Shown piece by piece: positions 1 to 64,000 of a DNA stretch of 64,000 nucleotides. The stretch lies in contig OZ024763.1 of the NCBI GenBank assembly GCA_964016885.1, forward strand, positions 25,854,001-25,918,000, in the 5' to 3' direction. The notes below the pieces were generated by a model that had not been told where the DNA came from, did not search any database, and saw nothing but the letters and a program-made list of their open reading frames with translations. Made by a program: the position numbers and the translations under genes. Source of the DNA: Eledone cirrhosa (lineage: Eukaryota). Each line of letters starts with the position of its first letter. Position 1 is the stretch's first letter.

Positions 1-347
1 GCTCATCTTTTGTAATATAGATTAACCACAAGTTTGATGTCTGAAAATGATAATTTTTGTAACATAAATCACAGCAAAACTAACCAGCAGGAGACCCAGG
101 GGTAGACCTTGAGCAAGATAATTGGATAACATCCACGAGCTTGGCTGGTCTCACTTGGGGATCCAGCTGGATCAGTTGGAGACGAATGCTTCTGACAGGA
201 CCCGCTGGAAGGAGTGTTTGAGGACTCTTCCCCCATGACCCCAAGAAATCACAGCAACAACAAAAGCAATAGTGTGTGTGTGTGTGTGTGTTGAACAATG
301 TACTTCATTAACAGTTTGTGAGTGTCTTCTACAATTCTTTTCTCCAG

Positions 348-57708
<57,361 letters not shown>

Positions 57709-57753
57709 AATTAACCATCATCATCACCACCATGATTAGAACTACACAGAAAT

Positions 57754-57798
<45 letters not shown>

Positions 57799-58319
57799 TA
57801 CATATATATACACATATAAATACATACGTACATACATACATATAAATACATACGTACATACATACATATATATATATACACACATACATATATACATACA
57901 TACATACATACACACACATACACATATACATACATACGTACATAAATACATACACTGAACTTGGATTTGCGGACAAAGAGCGCAGCTCCCTAATTCATAG
58001 TCTACAAATGGCTGTGATAGCTGGCACCTTCAAAATTTGCAAAACATTCTTGCGATTCAAGGGATGACAATTTCTTTTCTTTTACAACCTTGCCACCAGG
58101 AAGGTGGCCGGTCAAAAGAATATACTCAAAATTAAGAGAAAGAGATAACACATACATACATATATATATATACACACATACATATATACATACATACGTA
58201 CATACATACACATACATATATATATACACACATAGATATATACATACATGCGTACATACATACATATATATACACACATACATATATACATACATGCGTA
58301 CATACATACACATACATAC

Positions 58320-58325
<6 letters not shown>

Positions 58326-58350
<25 letters not shown>

Positions 58351-58422
58351 AATTATTGTGTACAGTGCTCAGGTGCACTACAACTCATCAAAGGTGCATG
58401 TATAGTACATAGAATAATGTAC
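58326..58422 (-). mobile_element. 3' UTR/tail fragment of the CR1-like LINE
   Basis: Reverse complement of 61715-61800 with (ATT)n tail. Confidence 0.75.
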
Positions 58423-59053
58423 ACATATACATACATACATACATATATACACATTTACATAATAATAATTATTAATTAATTCTATTGTGCAATGCCTGTG
58501 CGTGAAGATTTTTTTTAAAGTGAGGAAAGACTGTGCACTAACATACATACATATATAAATACACACATATACATACATATATACACACATTCATTCATAC
58601 ATACACACATGTCCATACATCCATATGTACATACATGCACACACACACACACACATACATACATATATACATACACCCATACATACATCTACACATACAT
58701 ACACACAAATACAGACACAGACACACATACACACCACCAACACTAGAATCACACATACATATACATGGACAATGAAAATTGAAACAATACCTACAATAAT
58801 AGGTGCTCTGGGAATGATACAAAAACCACACAGGGAAATACATAACCCAAACCCCAGGGCTTACAAATATATACAGCATACAAAAGATAGCACTACTAGG
58901 TACTATATATATATATTTATAGAGTACCACAGGACTTACAAATATATACAGCATACAAAAGATAGCACTACTAGACACTATATATATATTATATAGAGTA
59001 CCCCGGGACTTAGACATGTATATATATATATACATATGTATATATATATATAC

Positions 59054-59092
<39 letters not shown>

Positions 59093-59097
<5 letters not shown>

Positions 59098-59280
59098 AAG
59101 CTTCTACAGGACTAGAACTGTTTCATTTGTGAGAAATAATCAGGAAGCTTCCTGATGATTTCTCACGAATGAAACAGTTCTAGTCCTGTAGAAGCTTTTC
59201 TATATTAAAACATTTATACTCTGCTACGTATTGAGTACCTTACTTACTGTGGTTACCCTCGATTGAACCCGGAATAACTT
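59093..59280 (+). mobile_element. Palindromic hammerhead element family 1, complete
   Basis: Centre ggaagcttcc, about 55-bp arms, shared tail, inside (TA)n. Confidence 0.85.
59145..59197 (+). ncRNA. Type I hammerhead ribozyme (family 1)
   Basis: AAGCUUC-CUGAUGA-uuucucacgaau-GAAACAG-uucuaguc-CUGUA-GAAGCUU, then AUUAAA. Confidence 0.72.
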
Positions 59281-59576
59281 ATATATATATATACAGCATA
59301 CAAAACATAGCACTACTAGGCACTGTATACATATTATATAGAGTACCACTTTTAATTCTTACTAAAATATATTTTTCATGCTATTTCCAACTTCACCTTT
59401 TCTCTATATCCACTGTTTTGTATAGAACCTTACTTCCCTTTTCAAAAAAAAAAAAATATATATATGTATATATGTATATAACTACTCTATTACCAAAGGT
59501 TTCTGGATCCCAGACAATATTAATATATGTCTGGATCATTCGTCAGAACATCTCTGTATGATGAACGATCCTAACG

Positions 59577-59613
<37 letters not shown>

Positions 59614-60049
59614 TACAGCATACAAAAGTTAGCACTACTAGGCACTGCACACATAAGTACTATCAATACAATAGAAACAATATCAACAAAACCTACACTG
59701 CACATACCCAAGGCGCACAGAGCTGTGCTCAGTAAAGCAGTAATGATGATCAATAAAAATAATAGTGGAAACAATAATAATAATAATAATAATGATAATA
59801 AGAACAATTCAAGACAGAGCTTCTTCAAATATGGATGAAATTTGAAGAAATATATATATATTTTTCTATAATTTCTGATATTAATAAATAATTATATATT
59901 TCAAAAATTTTATTTGTATTTTTTTAATTTTAATTTTATTAATTATTATTATTTCTTTTTTGCTATTTGCATTTGTTAGGAATGTTTATTTCAGTTGTTC
60001 TCAGCCTAACCCTAACCCTAACCCTCCATAATACTAATATCTAGAAGTC

Positions 60050-60780
60050 TTCTTGTGAACGTGACCTGGGCATTACTGTCAGCAGAGATTTGCATTGGAT
60101 AAACCATGTCTCTAAAATTGTTAAGAAGGCCGAGGGTGTCTTAGCATCACTCAGCAAGACCTTTGTCAGCCGCTCTCCAGCTATCTATTTAAAGCTGTAT
60201 ATAGCTATGGTGCGGCCATACTTAGAATTTGCATCACCAGTCTGGAACCCTTATCTTGCTCAGAACATTGACCTCCTGGAAACTGTTCAGAGATGTGCAA
60301 CCAAGCAAATACCCTCCATCAGGCATCTCCCATACTCTGAATGCCTTGCTTCCATGGGCATGGATATATTGAAGCTCCGATGTCTGGCAACTGACTTGGT
60401 AAACACCCACAAAATTGTTAACCATGTTGCCAACAACAACCCTGAGCACCTTTTTGATTTCCATGTGTCTGTCATTTTCCTGACACTTGTACATTATTCT
60501 ATGTACTGCAGGGCGGTGGATTGGCAGTATCGGTAGAGGGTCGGACGCCATGCTTTGACGCATAGAGTTACGGCCCTTGCTATTCTGAGTTCAAATCCCG
60601 CCGAGGTTAACTTTGCCTTTCATCCTTACGGGGTCGATAAAATAAAGTGCCAGTAATACACTGGGTAATTGCTGGCCTTGTGCCTAACGTAGAAACAATT
60701 ATTCTATGTACTATACATGTACCTTTGATGAGTTGTAGTGCACCTGAGCACTGTACACTATAATTTCATTATTATTATTT
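60050..60780 (+). mobile_element. CR1/L2-group LINE RT C-terminal fragment with internal deletion and nested SINE
   Basis: ERDLGI..LYIAMVRPYLEFASPVWNPY...LETVQR.ATK; jumps to the 3'UTR at about 60470; (ATT)n tail at 60768-60780. Confidence 0.88.
60508..60697 (+). mobile_element. SINE family A, full length with 15-bp TSD
   Basis: TSD attattctatgtact at 60493-60507 and 60698-60712. Confidence 0.92.
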
Positions 60781-61024
60781 TCATTATTTCAACTACTAAG
60801 GAGTCCTTTTATTTAACCCTTTTGGGACCTTATTACTAAAAATCCTTTTACATATTAACCTTTTCATTACCATATTTAGATGGATTTAGTAATATAACTA
60901 ACTTTCTCATTATTAACTCTTTCATTATAATATTTCTAATAAAAGACACTATCTATAGCTTTTAAATCATTTTGAAAGTAATTAAGATTTTAGATGGATT
61001 TAGTAATATAGCTAAAGTTTAGCA

Positions 61025-61430
61025 ACACGATAAAAGGCACCCAGTCCACTCTGTAAATTTGTTGTGTTGGTGTTGTGACAATAAGCACTCAGTCCACAAC
61101 GTAAAGTGGTTGTGTTGGTATCACGACAAAAAGTGTCCAGTCCACACTGTAAAGTGGTTTCGTTGGATTCACGACAAAAAGTGTCCAGTCCACACTGTAA
61201 AGTGGTTTCGTTGGATTCACGACAAAAAGCGTCCAGTCCACACTGTAAAGTGGTTTCGTTGGTATCAAGACAAAAAGCGTCAAGTCCACACTGTAGAGTG
61301 GTTGTGTTGGTGTCATGATAAAAGGCTCCCAGTCAACACTATAAAGTTGTTGTGTTGGTATCACGACAAAAAAGCGTCTAGTCCACACTGTAAAGTGGTC
61401 ATGTTGGTGACACAACAAAAAGCGCTCAGT
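61025..61430. repeat. About 48-bp degenerate tandem repeat, about 8 copies, interrupted by a LINE (resumes at 61803)
   Basis: cagtccacactgtaaagtggtt..gttgg recurring. Confidence 0.88.
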
Positions 61431-61800
61431 CAACCCTGAGCACCTAATTGATTTCCATGTGTCTAACACACGTGGGCATGCCTACAAAGTCAGAAAACAG
61501 CACAGCTCTCATGACTTTCGGAAACATTTTTTCACGCTCAGAGTTGCTGAAGCATGGAACAAACTACCTGCATTAGTTGTTAGCTGTCGAGACACTGCAT
61601 CCTTTAAAACCTCCGTGCTTCCTGAGATTCGCCAACACTAAACCTGATGTCCTCCCTCCATACACACACGCACATGTATTTCATGACTCGTACTGTTCAT
61701 TCTCCTGACATTTGAATATTATTCTATGTACAATACATGTACTTTTGATGAGTTGTAGTGCACCTGAACACTGTACACAATAATTTCATTATATTATATT
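61431..61800 (+). mobile_element. 5'-truncated CR1-like LINE 3' end
   Basis: NPEHLIDFHVSNTRGHAYK...RKHFFTLRVAEAWNKLP...SFK, then 3'UTR; overlaps in sequence with 60438-60470. Confidence 0.88.
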
Positions 61801-62372
61801 ATACTGTAAAGTGGTTGTGTTGGTGTCAACAAAAAGCGTCCAGTCCACACTGTAAGATGGTCATGTAGGTGACACAATCTATCATTTGATATTTAATATG
61901 CTATTATATAATCTCTAGTTCAGCCCCCCCCCCCCCCCCCACTCTGGATGCTCTCAACGCCCTTTCGCTCTACAGATTCTGCTAATTCCCACATTAACCA
62001 CATCGTCTTTCTAATTCGCGACAAACACGAATATTCTCTGTGTCTAGAGAGAAATATTTAAGGGAGGCAACTCCGTGTTAATTACCGAGACAATCCATAT
62101 TTCAAATATATATTTTAATTTCCGAAGTTCATACTTGTATATAAATAACATTACAAAATGAAAAATATAAACACATATAATAAATACAATTAATTATTGC
62201 TAGGAATCTCGCAAATACAAACACTTATAATAAATATAACCTTTGTGATGTGATGTGTGGACGATTGTCGCACTTGGTGGTGAATTGATGGTCGTTTTTG
62301 TTTTTGCTCCCCCCACTTATTTTCTCTTTTATGCCTTTATATGTGTTTATCAACGACATTATATTTGTAATA

Positions 62373-62556
62373 AGGGCGGGGAATTGGCAGTATCGGTAGA
62401 GGGTCGGACATGCTTTCCAGCATAGTTACGTCCCTTTACGATCTGAGTTCAATTCCCGCCGAGGTTAACTTTGCCTTTCATCCTTACGGGGTCGATAAAA
62501 TAAAGTACCAGTAATGTACTAGGATAATTGCTCGCCTTGTGCCAAAAGTAGAAACA
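62373..62556 (+). mobile_element. SINE family A with 15-bp TSD
   Basis: TSD attatatttgtaata at 62358-62372 and 62557-62571. Confidence 0.92.
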
Positions 62557-62879
62557 ATTATATTTGTAATATTCTTCTGAAAGAATTGCGAGCAATTTAT
62601 AATGTTATTTCCACATAACTACAATAGTAATAGATGTGGAGGGCATTGTTGAAGTAGAGTTAACTGTTCAATTATTTCAATAATAACAGAATTAATTATT
62701 TCAAGGGACATAAGTCTAGATTTACATAAATACAATTCATTATTGCTAAGGAAACTCACAAATATAAAACAATCGATAGACAAAATCCCTGACCTCATTC
62801 GCTTAACGAGTTGTGTAGAGCTCGTCAAATTGGTCTTTCCAATTGCTAATACTATCTACCTGTTGCAAATCCAGACATA

Positions 62880-62997
62880 AGGAGCAACGTGAAATAAAGT
62901 GTCTTGTCCAAAGACGTAACGCATCTATCGTTCGGGGAATCGACCTTACAACAACACGATTACGAATCTAATTCTCTAACCACTAAGCGTCTTCCAC
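62880..62997 (-). mobile_element. Degenerate SINE family B head
   Basis: Reverse strand ggaagacgcttagtggttagag...ggtcgattccc...ggacaagacactttatttcacgttgctcc. Confidence 0.6.
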
Positions 62998-63366
62998 AAA
63001 TATAAACACATATAATAAATACAAATAATTATTGCTAGGAACCTTAGAAATACAAATACAGATAATAATTACAATTAATCATAGCTAGGAACCTCACAAA
63101 TGTAAGGCACAAAAATATATGATCAAAGCGAAATGAAAGGAAAAAAATAACAAGCAAAAAGCAGCATGGTCCCAGCCTGTCGTCTGTAACACGAAATAGA
63201 GAAAATTAATTGACAATCGGTCACACATCACAACGAAGGGTCATCTTCTCAAATGTAAATAGTACTAGATACTTCCCCTAGTTTGTCGTGCCTTACTAGC
63301 TTTATACAGACGTTTAAATTGATTAAATAAATACACACACACACACACCCACTATATATATATATG

Positions 63367-63715
63367 TAGGGGGTGAGTTTTATTGTAGTACAATAAAGCA
63401 ATGCAGATATCGGATAAGTAGCACTCTACAGTTTGTAGGACTGGAGTATAAATAATATATAAGATCAAAAGATGGTTAAAAGAGTTCCATGTATTTTATT
63501 ATGCGCATTTCAATGCAATAACATTTGCGTTTTCGTCAGATAAAATAGGGAGACATGATATGAAGGTTAAAACACACTTGAAGACTGCACTATTCACAAG
63601 TGTGTTTTAACCTTCATATCATGTCTCCCTATTTTATCTGACGAAAACGCAAATGTTATTGCATTCAAATACGCATAATAAAATACATGGAACTCTTTTA
63701 ACCATCTTTTGATCT

Positions 63716-63727
<12 letters not shown>
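63367..63727 (-). mobile_element. Palindromic hammerhead element family 4 (about 130-bp arms plus 85-bp tail)
   Basis: 63453-63580 is the reverse complement of 63597-63725; TA tracts on both sides. Confidence 0.85.
63492..63547 (-). ncRNA. Type I hammerhead ribozyme (family 4)
   Basis: UAUUUUAU-CUGACGA-a-AAcGCAA(auguua)UUGCaUU-GAA-AUGCGCAU-A-AUAAAAUA; 8-bp stem I, palindromic stem III, AUA triplet. Confidence 0.75.
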
Positions 63728-63746
<19 letters not shown>

Positions 63747-64000
63747 GTAATAATAATAAATGTGAAGACTAAAATCCGAAGGGGGCTCAATAAGGATAAT
63801 ATATAAATATTTCAGAAGATCCCATTTAGAATGAAAGCAGTGATTCTTTGCTTAAACTTTAATCTGTTATTTTAATATATATATTGGTGGTCTTTTGCCA
63901 AGAATAAGTATTTACTTAAAAATTCATAGCGAATGGTCTTCAAAATGTTTTTAATTAAACATACAGTATATTATCGCATATACTATACATATATATATAT

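Larger units (their letters stand above)
58740..59800 (+). mobile_element. Fragmented RLE non-LTR (R4/Dong-like) 3' end
   Basis: WTMKIETIPTIIGALGMI...IYSIQK(I/L)ALLGTAHI, the latter piece repeated 4 times; ends in (TAA)n. Confidence 0.6.

Noticed and set aside
1-347. First CYP exon or promoter
   Set aside because: No in-frame Met plus hydrophobic anchor with a phase-2 donor was found; exon 1 is presumably upstream of the window.
60005-60025. (CCCTAA)n telomeric-type repeat
   Set aside because: Only about 3.5 units and internal; too short to interpret.

Overview
Eukaryotic, AT-rich, microsatellite-laden genomic DNA. The SINE/LINE content suggests an octopus-like cephalopod (inference). The only real gene is a + strand clan-3 (CYP3A-like) cytochrome P450. 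Thirteen coding exons (348-57708; the first exon lies upstream of the window) splice GT-AG into one open frame of 485 codons plus stop after the split first codon, with WxxxR, AGYETT, ETLR, PDRF and FGAGPRICIG motifs. Intron phases and exon sizes mirror human CYP3A4, plus one extra intron. More than half the window is intronic tandem arrays (17 kb Ser/Gly-type compound repeat; 79-bp, 23-bp, 116-bp, 51-bp and 209-bp units), and these generate all the giant spurious ORFs. Two arrays visibly arose inside retrotransposon coding remnants: the 79-mer in a CRE-like RLE domain and the 51-mer in a LINE APE endonuclease. A third arose from a SINE tail. The most unusual signal is at least four sequence-distinct families of short elements sitting in (TA)n tracts that carry type I hammerhead ribozyme folds followed by a polyA signal, mostly as asymmetric head-to-head palindromes (Penelope pLTR/retrozyme-like), including variant catalytic cores.
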